Of a DNA stretch of 64,000 nucleotides, positions 13,160-26,117 are shown in pieces; position 1 is the first letter of the stretch; each line of letters starts with the position of its first letter. Made by a program: the position numbers and the translations under genes. The stretch is taken from NCBI RefSeq assembly GCF_039654945.1, contig NW_027361696.1, positions 60,760,001-60,824,000 of the forward strand. The letters run 5' to 3'. Source of the stretch: Dendrobates tinctorius (Eukaryota). A model generated the notes under the pieces. The model saw only the letters and a program-made list of their open reading frames with translations, was not told the origin of the DNA and did no database searches.

Positions 13160-13860
13160 TATACACAGTATGATGGCCCTCACAGCCCTCCAAACAGTAT
13201 GATGTCCCACAGGCCCCCAAACTGTATATTGTTCCCACAGCCCCCCATACAGTATGATGCCCCAAAGCTCTCCCATACACACAGTAAGATGGCTCCCAAA
13301 GCCATCCAATCATTATGATTTACACACAGTCACTCACACACTATGATTTCTCCACAGTCACTCACAAAGTACAGTATAATGTTCCACACAACCACTCACA
13401 CAGTATGATGTCCCCACAGCCCCTCACATAGTATGATGTCACCACAACCCCTCACACAATATGATGTACATGCAGCTCCCATAAGATGATGGCCCCTAAA
13501 TCCCCCCAAACAGTATGATCTCCCATAGGCCCCATCAGTGTGATGTCCCCACAGCCCCCCTACAGGAAGATATTCTCCACACAGTTTGAGGCTCCTACAG
13601 CTCTGTAACACATACATTGTATGATGGCACCCACTGCCTTCCCATACAGTATAATGACTCCTGTAGCTCCTCGCACAATATGAAGGCCCTTATATTCCCC
13701 CAAATGGTATGATTCTCCCACAGCCGTCACACAGTGTGTGGTCCTCACAGCCCCCCAAATAGTGTCATGATCACTGAGTTCGCTCACACAGTATGATTCC
13801 CCCCACGGCACCCCAAACAACATGATCCCCTACAGTCTTCCACACAATATGATAGCTCAA
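13160..13860. repeat. Degenerate tandem repeat (cagtatgatgtccccacagcccc-like, about 30 bp)
   Basis: Recurrent acagtatgat...cccacagcccc motifs throughout the interval. Confidence 0.75.
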
Positions 13861-14140
13861 CAACACTATCTATAGCTACTCTAATGTGCTGCTCTGATTT
13901 GTGCTGTAGTGTGGACTGAGGCTGTGCTGAGACTCAGATACACAGGATGAAAAGTGTGAAAGGGGCTTCCTATTCTTCCATTGTTGAAATTGAAACTCTG
14001 GACAAGGGAAGTATGGTGCCACTTGGCACTGAACTCCCCCAACTCACGGACTGGACACCACTGTTTCCAGCCCTTTGGCTGTCCCAGTCTGGGGACCCAG
14101 GTCTGGTCTATACTCATTGGATACATTTTTTTTCCTTTAG

Positions 14141-14228
14141 GGAATATTATGAAAAAGGTACAGGTGCAATCACTACCTACACGGGAATCCTGGGAGACCA
14201 AGTCTATCATTGGTGGTATGGAAACTGA
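14141..14228 (+). CDS. apoc2: Apolipoprotein C-II last coding exon (LPL-activating C-terminal helix)
   Basis: tttcctttag|G GAA TAT TAT...; encodes EYYEKGTGAITTYTGILGDQVYHWWYGN*, containing the conserved TYTGI..DQ motif. AATAAA at 14393-14398. Confidence 0.92.
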
Positions 14229-15153
14229 GTCACCTACAGCCGTAGATCTGGACATACGATAGATGTTAAAATATGACTTCAATGAATGGAGCCTTGAAGG
14301 AGACGCCATCTGGAATATTCCAACACATTTTTTTTCCAGTGTTTTATCACTTTTCTGGTTATGAAGTGACACCTTCTGGTCAATCATGATAAAATAAAGA
14401 CTTGTTTGCACACATCAGTCTGTTCTTTTTGTTAGAAGTCTATGTGCATATGATTCTACATGGTATGGGTTTAATGTTCAGTAGCATCCTTTAACAATAC
14501 ATAACATTTGGCCAAATTCATTATTGTATTTGTACCATTTTTTGTTTAGTTTTTGGTGTTTTCTACTTGTTTTTCATTTGTGGCTTGTTCTTTTGGTTTA
14601 ATGTTAAAGATGTTTTCAGCTGATTCATCAATTTAGACTTTTTTAAAAAGTTTGCACATTTTTTGCTCAAATGTCCTCCAGTCCTCCTCCTGGAGCGTTT
14701 TATGTACACCTGAAACTTTACCACAAATTTTGCAACATTTTAACGGAAACCTATGACTTAGTGCAAAAAAGGTTCAAAAACATAAAAACACATTTTTGAT
14801 TCCGTGCAAAATTCGAGAGGCAAATTTGAAAAATTTGGTGTAAAAAACAATGGCGAATGTTTACAAGAGAAAATAAGAATAGCAAGTTAAAAAAAAACAA
14901 CAAATGATTTGTTTTTTTATTTATCAAGCCACAAGCTCGATTCAGAAATTAAAGGCTGACTTTTTAGCTGCACGATTAGATCAGTCATGTACATTGATGC
15001 TTCTATTTATGTTCTTTTAAATATCCTATTTGGTACCTGTTTTCAGAAGCTTTGGAAAAATAGACTTTATGTGTTTCATTACTCACAGCCTCTTTCATAG
15101 TCATTACTGTTTCCAGAAGATTACTGTCACACTGTTACATAAGACTATACCTA

Positions 15154-16757
15154 CAGTGGGGAAAAAAATATTTAGTCAGTCAGCAATAGTGCAAGTTCCA
15201 CCACTTAAAAAGATGAGAGGCGTCTGTAATTTACATCATAGGTAGACCTCAACTATGGGAGACAAACTGAGAAAAAAAAATCCAGAAAATCACATTGTCT
15301 GTTTTTTTTTAATTTTATTTGCATATTATGGTGGAAAATAAGTATTTGGTCAGAAACAAAATTTCATCTCAATACTTTGTGATATATCCTTTGTTGGCAA
15401 TGACAGAGGTCAAACGTTTTCTGTAAGTCTTCACAAGGTTGCCACACACTGTTGTTGGTATGTTGGCCCATTCCTCCATGCAGATCTCCTCTAGAGCAGT
15501 GATGTTTTTGGCTTTTCGCTTGGCAACACAGACTTTCAACTCCCTCCAAAGGTTTTCTATAGGGTTGAGATCTGGAGACTGGTTGGCCACTCCAGGACCT
15601 TGAAATGCTTCTTACGAAGCCACTCCTTCGTTGCCCTGGCGGTGTGCTTTGGATCATTGTCATGTTGAAAGACCCAGCCACGTTTCATCTTCAATGCCCT
15701 TGCTGATGGAAGGAGGTTTGCACTCAAAATCTCACGATACATGGCCCCATTCATTCTTTCATGTACCCGAATCAGTCGTCCTGGCCCCTTTGCAGAGAAA
15801 CAGCCCCAAAGCATGATGTTTCCACCACCATGCTTTACAGTAGGTATGGTGTTTGATGGATGCAACTCAGTATTCTTTTTCCTCCAAACACGACAAGTTG
15901 TGTTTCTACCAAACAGTTCCAGTTTGGTTTCATCAGACCATAGGACATTCTCCCAAAACTCCTCTGGATCATCCAAATGCTCTGTAGCAAACTTCAGACG
16001 GGCACGGACATGTACAGGCTTAAGCAGTGGGACACGTCTGGCACTGCAGGATCTGAGTCCATGGTGGCGTAGTGTGTTACTTATGGTAGGCCTTGTTACA
16101 TTGGTCCCAGCTCTCTGCAGTTCATTCACTAGGTCCCCCCGCGTGGTTCTGGGATTTTTGCTCACCGTTCTTGTGATCATTCTGACCCCACGGGGTGGGA
16201 TTTTGCGTGGAGCACCAGATCGAGGGAGATTATCAGTGGTCTTGTATGTCTTCCATTTTCTAATTATTGCTCCCACAGTTGATTTCTTCACTCCAAGCTG
16301 GTTGGCTATTGCAGATTCAGTCTTCCCAGCCTGGTGCAGGGCTACAATTTTGTTTCTGGTGTCCTTTGACAGCTCTTTGGTCTTCACCATAGTGGAGTTT
16401 GGAGTCAGACTGTTTGAGGGTGTGCACAGGTGTCTTTTTATACTGATAACAAGTTTAAACAGGTGCCATTACTACAGGTAATGAGTGGAGGAAAGAGGAG
16501 ACTCTCAAAGAAGAAGTTACAGGTCTGTGAGAGCCAGAAATCTTGATTGCTTGTTTCTGACCAAATACTTATTTTCCACCATAATATGCAAATAAAATGA
16601 AAAAAAAACAGACAATGTGATTTTCTGGATTTTTTTTTCTCAGTTTGTCTCCCATAGTTGAGGTCTACCTATGATGTAAATTACAGACGCCTCTCATCTT
16701 TTTAAGTGGTGGAACTTGCACTATTGCTGACTGACTAAATACTTTTTTTCCCCACTG
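15154..16757 (-). mobile_element. Tc1 (DD34E) transposon, young, single 1-nt frameshift
   Basis: TA|CAGTGGGGAAAAAAA...TTTTTTTCCCCACTG|TA; near-identical TIRs of about 205 bp. Transposase is 16390-15557 plus 15590-15369. Confidence 0.96.
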
Positions 16758-16765
16758 TACATGGA

Positions 16766-19240
16766 TAGAGATGATCCAATCTGGCAAGATTTGAAATCGA
16801 AAAATTGTATGGATTTTACAGGGAAATTCAATTCAAAGAGAAGTTATTAAATGAAAACTGAATGCTACTTATTATGTTCTGGGCTCTTTCCAGCTCTCAG
16901 ACCATAATAAACATAGAATGTTTAAAAAAAAAAAAAAAGTAATACTCACCTGTCCTGCCGTCTCCGAAGCCTGCCGTCCGGTCCTCCTCTCCTTTTTCTC
17001 TCTTTCCGGGCTCTTTTGGGTCTCCGACTTCCCTACTCATCATGCAGTCACTTGGGTGGGACATGTCATCATGATTTGACGTCATTACTTGATCCATGAG
17101 GGCATGCCACACAGTGAAGCCCAAGGCAAAGTCGTACCGCAAACCAGGGCCTGGAGAGAGGCCAAAGAGAATGTGCACGATGGGGAAGGGTGAAACAAGT
17201 GGAGCAGAGTGTAGCGCTATTCACGGCGTCCCTGCATAGTGTCCCCTTCTCCCTCCATACAGGGATGCCGACTTGCTCACCGCCCCTGCCCTTGGTGTGG
17301 TTGCCGGAGTGCTTCTTGCTTCCTGTTAGTGTTCATGCCGCAGCTGCCGGTGGTGTGCCTAGTGCACACATGAGCATGCTCCCCTGCTCTTAAAGGGGCA
17401 GCACACTCATTTTGCTAAATGCTCTCAGCCTGTAGCTGAGAGGCATTTAATATAATGTGTACCCCTGCAAGATGGCTCACAACCAATGGCTAGGAATCAT
17501 CCTGTATAGAAGACTCTCCCTTAGGAAGTTTCCAAGCAACAAGTTCAGTGAATAGGTAATTATTAATAATAATAATAATAAATTTTATTTCTATAGCGCC
17601 GACATATTGAGCAGCACTTTACATTTCAGAGGGGATTTGTACAGACAATAGACATTACAGCATAACAATAATCACATAGATTATAACAAATACCAAGAGG
17701 AATGAGGGCCCTGCTCGCAAGCTTACAATCTATGAGGAAAAAAGGGGAAACACGAAAGGTGGGTGGTAACAGTTGCCCTGATTGCATGGACCAACCATAA
17801 TGTTATGTGTGTAACAGTACAGACACAGAGGGCTAATGGATGCATAAAGCATGTGGGAACATGATGCGGGAAATCTGGTTATGGTAAAACTTTTGGTTGT
17901 GCCACACAGGGATAGATTAGGTTAATGTGTTGAGGCGATAGGCCAGTCTGAATAAATGCGTTTTCAGGGCATGCTTAAAATTGTGGGGATTGGGGACTAA
18001 TCGTATTGACCTGGGAAGTGCATTCCAAAGAATTGGCGCAGCACGTGTAAAATCTTGGAGACGGGAGTGGGAGGTTCTGATTATTGAGGATGCTAACTTC
18101 AGGTCATCAGCAGAATGGAGGGCACGGGTAGGGTGGTATACTGAAACAAGGGAGGAGATGTAGGGTGGTGCTGAGCCATGGAGGGCTTTGTGGGTGAGGG
18201 TAATAAGTTTATACTGAATTCTGGAGTGGATGGGTAGCCAGTGTAATGACTGGCACAAGGTAGAGGCATTGGTGTAACGATTGGTGAGGAATATGATCCT
18301 GGCTACAGTATTCAAGACAGATTGGAGGGGGGAAAGTTTGGTAAGAGGGAGACCAATTAGAAGAGAGTTACAATAGTCGAGACGAGAATGAATAAGAGAA
18401 ACAGTAAGAGTTTTTGCAGAGTCAAAAGTAAGAAAAGGTCGAATTCTAGAAATGTTTTTGAGGTGCAGATGACAAGAGCGAGCCAGTGATCGAATGTGGG
18501 GGGCAAAGGAAAGCTCGGAATCAAGTATGACCCCAAGACAGCGGGCATGTTGCTGGGGAGTAATAGTGGAACTAATGGAATTAATGTTCTACCAGTGCAG
18601 TTGTGAGGTCCTGTAGTCCCGATGTGGCCAGTGTCCTGTACCCGAATCATCACTGTTCCCGGTGTGGCCAGTGGCCTGAACCTCATCCCCTGGTCCCAGT
18701 GCGGTCATGGCCTGAACGTTATCCCATGGTCCTGGAGTGGCCAGTCCTGTTCCATTATCCTAGACCAGTGTGTCTGAACATAGCCCAAACCTGTGTCAGC
18801 GAACCTCAGCAGCTGCAGTACCAGGATCTGCCCAGGAGTGGTACATGTTGACTACCTGCAGCCCAGTCTGTCTCCACCATCAGGAGCTCCAGTGAACACC
18901 TGGTAGCAGCTTAGCTACACCCCTTTCTAGGCAGGCCCAGTTCTGTAGCACAGTGGGTGCACAAATCCACGTGCACCACCAGGGGGCGTAATACAGTGGA
19001 AAAGATTACAGGCTGCAATGATGCCGATACAGGTGAGCGGTGATGAGAGTACTACCGTATTTTATTTTTTTAATAGTTTTTATGGATCTATATGGTTCAG
19101 CAAAATAGTGACAGCAGAGGGCCGACATTTTTCTGAATTTGCATGGGGCAAATTGCAAAAAATCTGTATTCCATAGAATACAGATTTTTGCAAAATTCAA
19201 GAAGAATTAATTTCCTCCAGACTATATTTGCTCGTCTCTA
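16766..19240. mobile_element. Non-autonomous TAGAGA...TCTCTA (hAT-like) element carrying nested LTR-like and L2 insertions
   Basis: Termini TAGAGATGA and GCTCGTCTCTA. An LTR-like tract at about 17190-18995 (ending gggggcgtaataca) is itself split by the L2. No TSD is recognisable. Confidence 0.45.
17555..18590 (-). mobile_element. L2-clade LINE 3' fragment
   Basis: ORF 18315-17917 (LHWLPIHSRIQYKL...LHGSAPPY...AAPILWNALP...FKHALKTHLF) matches the L2 ORF2 C-terminus; (TTA)n tail on the minus strand at about 17558-17582. Confidence 0.85.
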
Positions 19241-19467
19241 GTCCCTGACAATTAGGCAGATAAACAATTGTTCTGCTATCTCTCCTAACTCCCCCATACG
19301 TTTAAAAGCACAAATATGTGGCATATCTCCAGAAATAAAAAACGATAAAGCTGTAGTTTGGGAAGTGCTGCAGCCATCGTAGCTAACTGTGAACGGGAGC
19401 TTTGGGGGCACAAAGTTTGAATAGAAAGTCACGAAGCACTGGAGTAAGTCTTTAAGGAAAGCACCTT

Positions 19468-20352
19468 GATGCGTGGCCCATACCTCATTGAGAGGGTTAT
19501 GGGTGAAGAGCAGGTAACACAGTGTACATGTCAATTCCTGCTCCAGGCCAGAAAGGGGAGCTTCCTTATAAATTCTAGACAGCAGGTGGGGTTAGTGAGT
19601 CAGGAAGAAGCCAGCTGAGAGAGTAAACAGGAGAGTTGTCATGGAAACGGGAGCCAGCTGAAGCTCGTGACAGGACAGTGAGGGAGGAGAGTTGTCAGTT
19701 GGTCTGTGGAGAGGGATGGGACAGGAGCAGAGACAAGGGCTCTGGGGAACTAAAATTGCATATAGCTGACCCCAGAGCAGTGCGCTGATAAAAAGGGATG
19801 CCAGAGTCCTTGGCTGGGCGGGTGCTGTATGCCCTGACAGCTGAATCTGGAGGGCAGGGCACTGCAAACTCCCTGGCCACACTGAACACCTGAAGGCATG
19901 GAAGCAGTCCAAGAGCCCAGGGCAGGGTGGATCCCCTGGATGCCTCCAGGCGAGCCGGACTCAATCCGTCATCTGTAATTGGTACCCCAGATTGCATCTA
20001 CTTTCAAGTAAAAGGTAAAGAAAACTGCACCTCTCTGTGTCCTTCATTTATTCTCTGCACCCCAACGTTCACCACCATCTGAACAATCAAATATATTAGC
20101 CCTGGGGCCCCGCTCTACCCGCGAGGAGCTGAGCCATCTTTGCTGCGTCACCATCAGCCCCAGTGGACCAAAACCGCAGCGTCGGCCACCCATTGCCGAA
20201 CACCATGGGTGGCATCACGATTAAACACTATATAACTATCCTCTATTTTATGACATGGCCAGGGCCACGGAAGCGGATCACGTCCTCGTGACGTCCCCTA
20301 TAGAACTGTCTGGTCCGATTCCGGGTACCCCACGGCCCTGGTGGGCGCGTCA
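19468..20352 (+). mobile_element. Probable solo LTR remnant
   Basis: TGATGCG...CGCGTCA termini, TATAAA at about 19567 and agtaaa at about 20007; LTR-like composition; no clear TSD. Confidence 0.35.
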
Positions 20353-21016
20353 TATTCAGGGAGCGGAATGATTGCCGTAGTCAGTAAAAATATTTTGTTT
20401 TAATAGTTAGCAAATTACTTTGTTTGATTTATTGTAAACAGGAAAAATTGTGTACTTCTTATTAATAACCCGAATTTGCTATGGGGGTTTAAAAATTTTG
20501 ATTGCAACGGTATGGACAACATTGAAAGTATTGTCACGATCTACACTTTGACCATCACCTCCATCCATACAGATTCCAGTTATATTATCATTTCCCAAGA
20601 GTTGTTTCCAGTTCTGGAGAATCTTTAATGATGGTAACGATTATGCACTTATCACAATCACTCACATTGCAAGGAGAACGTCTAAACAAGAAGTCTGCAC
20701 ACCTACCATCTTGTTTATGCAGTCATATCCTTATACAGAAAGCCTAAAAAGTTTTGGTGACCTCTAGAATTATATAAGTAAGACCAAGGTGGTGCACACT
20801 ATAGTTATCGTGCCCATAGCTGTGCAAAAATGCTTTTTGGTATCTTCTACAAACCACAGTCAACAACATTAGGGAGTTGTCTTTTTATTGACTTTATTTT
20901 TACTTAAATTCATGCATTTGGGGCAATTAAATATTTATGTTGTTGGGCTTCATTAAAAATGAGTCATCATTTGCCTTCTATAAACACTGTCTATTGCTGG
21001 CTGCGGAATGATTCAA

Positions 21017-22370
21017 AGGGAATTTGTCAGTAGGTTTTGCTATGGAATCAGAGAGTAACAGGATGTAGAGGGGGAGATACCTTGATTTCAGGGATGTGTC
21101 TGTTAGGCTCACTAGATGAGATGAATCCTCGAAGCCTAAGGTGTGGATTGGCACACAAGCCATGGACGTTCGTGCAGAAGGCAGTCGAGGCACGCAAGGA
21201 GACAGGTAGCAGAGGTCATGGAGACTACAAAGTAGTAGCAAAGGTCCTGGTGACCACAGACAGGTAACAGAGGTCCTGGAGACAGCAGACAGCAAAGGTA
21301 CTTGGAAACTGCAGTCAGACAGGAGATGTCTTGGGGATGGAAGACAGAAAGCAAAGATACTGGAAGCCACAAGCAGACAGAAAACCAGGAAGCAGCTAGC
21401 AAAGGGACTGAAAGCAGCGGTCAGACAGGATACATCCTGGAGACCATGGATAGATGGTAGAGGTACTGGGAGTCGCAGGCAGTCAGATGTCTTGGAAGTA
21501 GCTAGCAGAGATATTTTAAGCCACAGTCAGATATGAGACATCCTCGAGACCATGGATAGGTAGCAGAGGTCCTGGAAACCGTAGGAAGACAGAATACCGA
21601 GAAGTAGGCAGCAGAGATACTGGAAACCACAGTCAGACAGGAGATGTCATGGAGATGGAACTGTAAGCCGAAGTCAGACAGGATACATCCTGCAGACCAC
21701 ACATAGATTGCGTGCAAACAGAAGTCAGGGAAGCAGGTAGCAGAGGTACTGGGAGCTGTAGTTATACAGGAGACATCCTGGAGACCGTGGATAGGAAACA
21801 CAGGTACTGGAAGCTGCAGATGCCTAAGACTCAGGAACACTTAAAGTCTTAATCCCAAGAAACAGATGTGTGACTTTGTAGACCTTACATGGGTCTAAGT
21901 AGACAATCACATGGGAGCATATTAGGCCATCTGCAAAGGCCAAGTGACCAGAAAATTTAGCAGACCAGAGTGAGGAGAGAATAACCTGGATCTGAAACAG
22001 GTGCACAATAGTATCACTTACTGAACTGATTGCTGCAGTTGTGATAAGATTACTGTTTTCTCTGCTGTAGACATAGCAGTAGTCAGAATGTGGAGTCATA
22101 TATAACCCCGCCCACACCCTGAGTGCCAGCTTCCTGTGTACATTGTCAGCAAGCTGCCAATCAGTGGTGGGGGTTGGGTCACACAGATTAGCTGGACTGG
22201 CCTGCACGTGACGCTAGTCCTACAGAGATAATCTCCTGCTGATAAAACACTTATTGCATTGAAACTACAGAAATCTGCTGAGCAAGTGACACATTGCTGG
22301 AATCAGACATTCTGCCCTTACATTATGTGGCTATCAGATGATATAGCAAAAACTTGCTGACAGGTACCCT
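21017..22370. mobile_element. Kolobok/T2-like MITE with TCAA TSD and an internal degenerate tandem array (about 21140-21825)
   Basis: tcaa|AGGGAATTTGTCAG...CTGACAGGTACCCT|tcaa; homologous to the copy at 30854-31253. Confidence 0.75.
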
Positions 22371-22914
22371 TCAACTGACAATCCGTCAGCGAGCTCAGTC
22401 AGATTAAATGATGGGAGAGTTTGTAAATGATTTACCCATTTTTTTTATCTACTCTCATCTGATTAATGACCACAGATCACATAAAAGTTAAATGTGCAGG
22501 GAAACAACGAGCCTGTAAAAGCAAAATAGTGCAAAATTTGTTGTGAAGCCCAAATGCAAAAATAATGTTTAGCTTCAAATCCATGCAACTAAATAAAAAA
22601 GAATAAATGTTCACAAAGGAGGACAAAGCTTTTATGAAAATGTATCCAGTATCTTGATGTCTTCGTTTTAAAATACGTATAGCGCTGCTTAGAAACTTAA
22701 GATTTTGTACATTTTTCTATGGTCTATTTTTGAACTTTACAATTATTATTGTATGAGTGTTTATTATATTTTCAGTATGTTTTTTACTTTAAGGCTCTTC
22801 TAAGCCTAAATATAGTAATTATGATTCATTGAGCCAAATACAAGTACAAACAATTTTCATGGTTAAAGATATGGGTCCTAGTGATTGCTCCCTGCGTGGT
22901 GTTGGGAGTTAATA

Positions 22915-22985
22915 TGGGAATTTGCAGGTGTCTGGAGATGAGCCATGTGAAGTTACAAGATGTTGAGTTCTAACGATCCTATAAA
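22915..22985 (+). promoter_or_regulatory. Trypsinogen promoter: PTF1-type bipartite site and TATA box
   Basis: TGGGAAtttgCAGGTG at 22915-22930 reads CACCTG-N4-TTCCCA on minus (E-box + TC-box). TATAAA at 22980-22985, 70 nt before the ATG. Confidence 0.7.
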
Positions 22986-23049
22986 GGATTCACACATCTG
23001 ACCTCAATACTTTATCATCACATCAAGGCAGAGCTAAGATCAGCTCAAT

Positions 23050-23089
23050 ATGCGTTCTCTCTGGGTGTTGATGTTCCTGGGGGTAGCAG
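23050..23089 (+). CDS. Trypsinogen-like protease exon 1 (MRSLWVLMFLGVA)
   Basis: 40-nt signal-peptide exon with phase-1 donor G|gtaaca, as in vertebrate trypsinogens. Confidence 0.9.
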
Positions 23090-23902
23090 GTAACAACCAT
23101 AGATATCTGAATGCCTTTCTTAAAGCATACCTATCATTTTAGATTTAGCGGTCCTGAGTGCATATGAGGAATAGCACTATTTCTAACTACTATATAACCT
23201 CATTTTTCATCAGTTTTCCTCTCTACAGGTTCAATCTCTAATTTTCAAATGACTGTGAGCTAGTGGGTGTCGAATAGCTGCTATGTTTCCCATACACAGC
23301 ACATACAGACAGGAGGATTTCCTGCTATCCTGTCTTTATTTAGCATATGTTCAAAGGCAGCAGCAGTATAGAGGAAAGTATACAGCATTATTGAGCATTA
23401 TTGCTGTGAATCCAGGGTGACAAAAAACACAAGAAAGCTGCAGCACAACATTGTGGCTATGCCTCTCACTTTCTTCTCCTCTTCATAGACTGCTCCCTTG
23501 TCTGTATGTAGCACATCTTTAGAAACAGCAGTAACAGAAAGGAAGATATTACACAGCAGTACTGAGCGGTGTAGCTGTGATGCCAACTCTTAGGTGAGAT
23601 AAACACAAAAAAACCTGTGTCTGTGCGTGTGCGCCTCTCTCCCTCACTCTGATCTCTTTCTCCCCTCTACATAGACTTCAATAGGCAGCTGTAATCTGAA
23701 CTCACAGTGAGTTGGCAGATTGTCTTGCTTTGACCTAGAAGGAAAGTGAATTATGAGGCTTTAGACCTGATGAGGGTTCTTGACTTACTATTTAAATCCA
23801 TGTCAAAGTGCCCAAATTTGGCTCTGTACACAATTAAGCGATAATATGGCCATGTATAAGAGCTCTAAATATGAATTTACCATAAAACAATTTTTTTTTC
23901 AG

Positions 23903-24065
23903 TGGCTGCTCCTCTGGATGATGATGATAAGATCATTAATGGATATGAATGTCCTCGCCATTCTCAGCCATGGCAAGTTTATTTCACCTACAATGGAAAC
24001 CGCTGGTGTGGAGGATCCCTAATCACCGCACGATGGATCATCTCAGCAGCTCATTGCTACAAGCA
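23903..24065 (+). CDS. Trypsinogen-like protease exon 2 (activation peptide, His57)
   Basis: tttttcag|TG GCT...; encodes AAPLDDDDK-IINGYECPRHSQPWQVYFTYNGNRWCGGSLITARWIISAAHCYK; donor CA|gtaagc. Confidence 0.95.
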
Positions 24066-24634
24066 GTAAGCAATGGAGATATAGAATATAAAGTTAAAGC
24101 ATCCCTCTTTACTTAAGTTCTTTTCCATTCTTTACTCCTTACAAAAACAATCAGTTTTTGCGTTGATCGCAACAATTTTGTTTTTCAACCTTTCTATTTT
24201 TCCCTTGGCCCTGCCGAATGAGAGCAAATTGTATTTTTATATCCCCATTTTGGGTTACATATAATGAATTGAGTAACTTTTATCTATTATTTTGAGCCTT
24301 TCCAAGATCCAAAACGTTTTTATTTTTCTGTCGACAAAGCTGTTTGAGGTCTCGTGTTTTGCAGGACGAGATGCAACTTTTTTTTGCACGATTTTAAGCT
24401 ACATATGGCTTCCTTCTGTTTTTCTTGGGTAGTTGGATAAATAAAAAACATCAATCCTGGCATTGTTTTATTTATGGTGATCTTTATACCTCAGATTTTT
24501 ACCAATGGGTTTCTATCCCATTTGTTTTTACCATCTCTTTTTTTAGTCATAAAAAAGTGATTTTTGCAGGAAAATGCAATATTTCTTACAAAAGTAAAAC
24601 CTTGATGTTACTTGATGTTTTACTGTTTCTGTAG

Positions 24635-24894
24635 ACCCAAGACTTTAATTGCTCATCTTGGAGAACACGATACAACAAAGGAAGAGCGTAGTGAGCAGCA
24701 CATCCAGGTGGAGAAGGCTTATCAGTACTTCCACTACAATGAGTATTACATAGATCATGATTTCATGATGGTCAAACTAGCTGAGCCGGCACAGTTTAAC
24801 CAATATGTCCAACCTATCCCCATTGCCAGTAGTTGTCCCACTGAGGGAAGCTGGTGCCTGGTGTCCGGCTGGGGAAATCTGAAGACATCTGGTG
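24635..24894 (+). CDS. Trypsinogen-like protease exon 3 (Asp102)
   Basis: ctgtag|A CCC AAG; encodes LGEHDTTKEERSEQ...DHDFMMVKL...CLVSGWGN; donor G|gtgagt. Confidence 0.95.
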
Positions 24895-25044
24895 GTGAGT
24901 TTTCTATAATGTCCATCTCTTTTTAGGATTGTATCTTATTGTTAAGAATTAAGTTGCCTTTTTTTTTTTACAAGACAAGGTTGCACAATTACAATCTGGA
25001 CAACCTGTCTATATGCAACCTACTTTGGTAATTAAATGTGATAG

Positions 25045-25605
25045 AAGGTCAATCATCCTTCAGGACTTACGTCTACTAGAGGGTAGATCATCCTTCGGGA
25101 CTTACGTCTACTAGAGGGTGAATCAGCCTTTGGGATTTACTTCTACTACAGGGTGAATCATCCTTTGGAAATTACGTCTTCAAGAGGGTAGATCATCTTT
25201 TGGAACTTACGTTTACTAGAAGATGAAATATCCTTCGGGACTTACTTCTACTAGAGGTTGAATCATTCTTCAGGACTTACTTCTTCTACAGGGCTAATCA
25301 TCCTTTGAGAATTACGTCTACTAGAGGGTGGATCATCCTTCAGAATTTGTGTTTACTAGAGGGTGAATCATCCTTCGGGAGTTTCTTCTACTAGAGGCTG
25401 AATCATCCTTTGGGACTTACTTCTACTAGATGGTGAATCAGTCTTCGGGAATAACGTCTACTAGAAGAAGATTCATCCTTTGGAACTTACTTCTACTAGA
25501 GGGTGAATCATTCTTTGGGAATTACGTCTACTAGAGGAAAAATCATCCTTCGGGATATATGTCTACCAGAGGGTAGATCATCCTTCGGAACTTATGTCTT
25601 CTAGA
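25045..25605. repeat. Minisatellite of about 35 bp, about 16 copies, in trypsin intron 3
   Basis: Unit approximately catccttcgggacttacgtctactagagggtgaat. Confidence 0.88.
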
Positions 25606-25711
25606 TTCTAGCAAACTTAGGTTGGTCCATTCAATATTTAATGGGTGCCATGTAATGGCCAAGACAGAAGAGATGTGTTAATCTTTTTTGTCAATAACAC
25701 TTGCTCACTAA

Positions 25712-26117
25712 AGGCCCATTTACATTTAGCGATGCACCAGCGATCCCAACCACGATACGACCCGGTCAGGATCACTGGTGCATCGCTAAATGGTCGCTAG
25801 TGAGCTGCCAAACAGGCAGATCTCACTAGCGATGTAGCGATGCTCGGTGGTCGTATTCACCTTTCAGACGTGCCGATCAAGATGTCCTCCCGCCCGCGTC
25901 CACGCGTCGCTCGTCGCCACAGCAGGAAGCCCAGCAGGAAGCGCCCGACGAGAAATGGACCCGGCTGATCTCGCGCGATCAGCAACAGACAGCGGGGGGA
26001 GCCGGTCGGAGGTAAGTATCACACATAGCGATATCACTAGCAATATCGCGGCTGCGTCACAAAATCGGTGAAGCTTTAACGATATTGCTAGCGATATCGC
26101 TATGTGTAAAGCCCCCT
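25712..26117. mobile_element. PIF/Harbinger-like MITE (TAA TSD)
   Basis: taa|AGGCCCATTTACAT...GTGTAAAGCCCCCT|taa; agcgat/atcgct sub-terminal palindromes; homologous to 31870-32275 and 49729-50123. Confidence 0.85.

Noticed and set aside
15741-16481. 246-aa plus-strand ORF
   Set aside because: Antisense shadow of the Tc1 transposase; the same applies to the antisense ORFs over the CR1 and Gypsy elements.
25045-25605. 35-bp repeats superficially CRISPR-like (also 5972-6850 and 29160-29430)
   Set aside because: Contiguous degenerate tandem units without unique spacers, no cas genes, and a vertebrate context.
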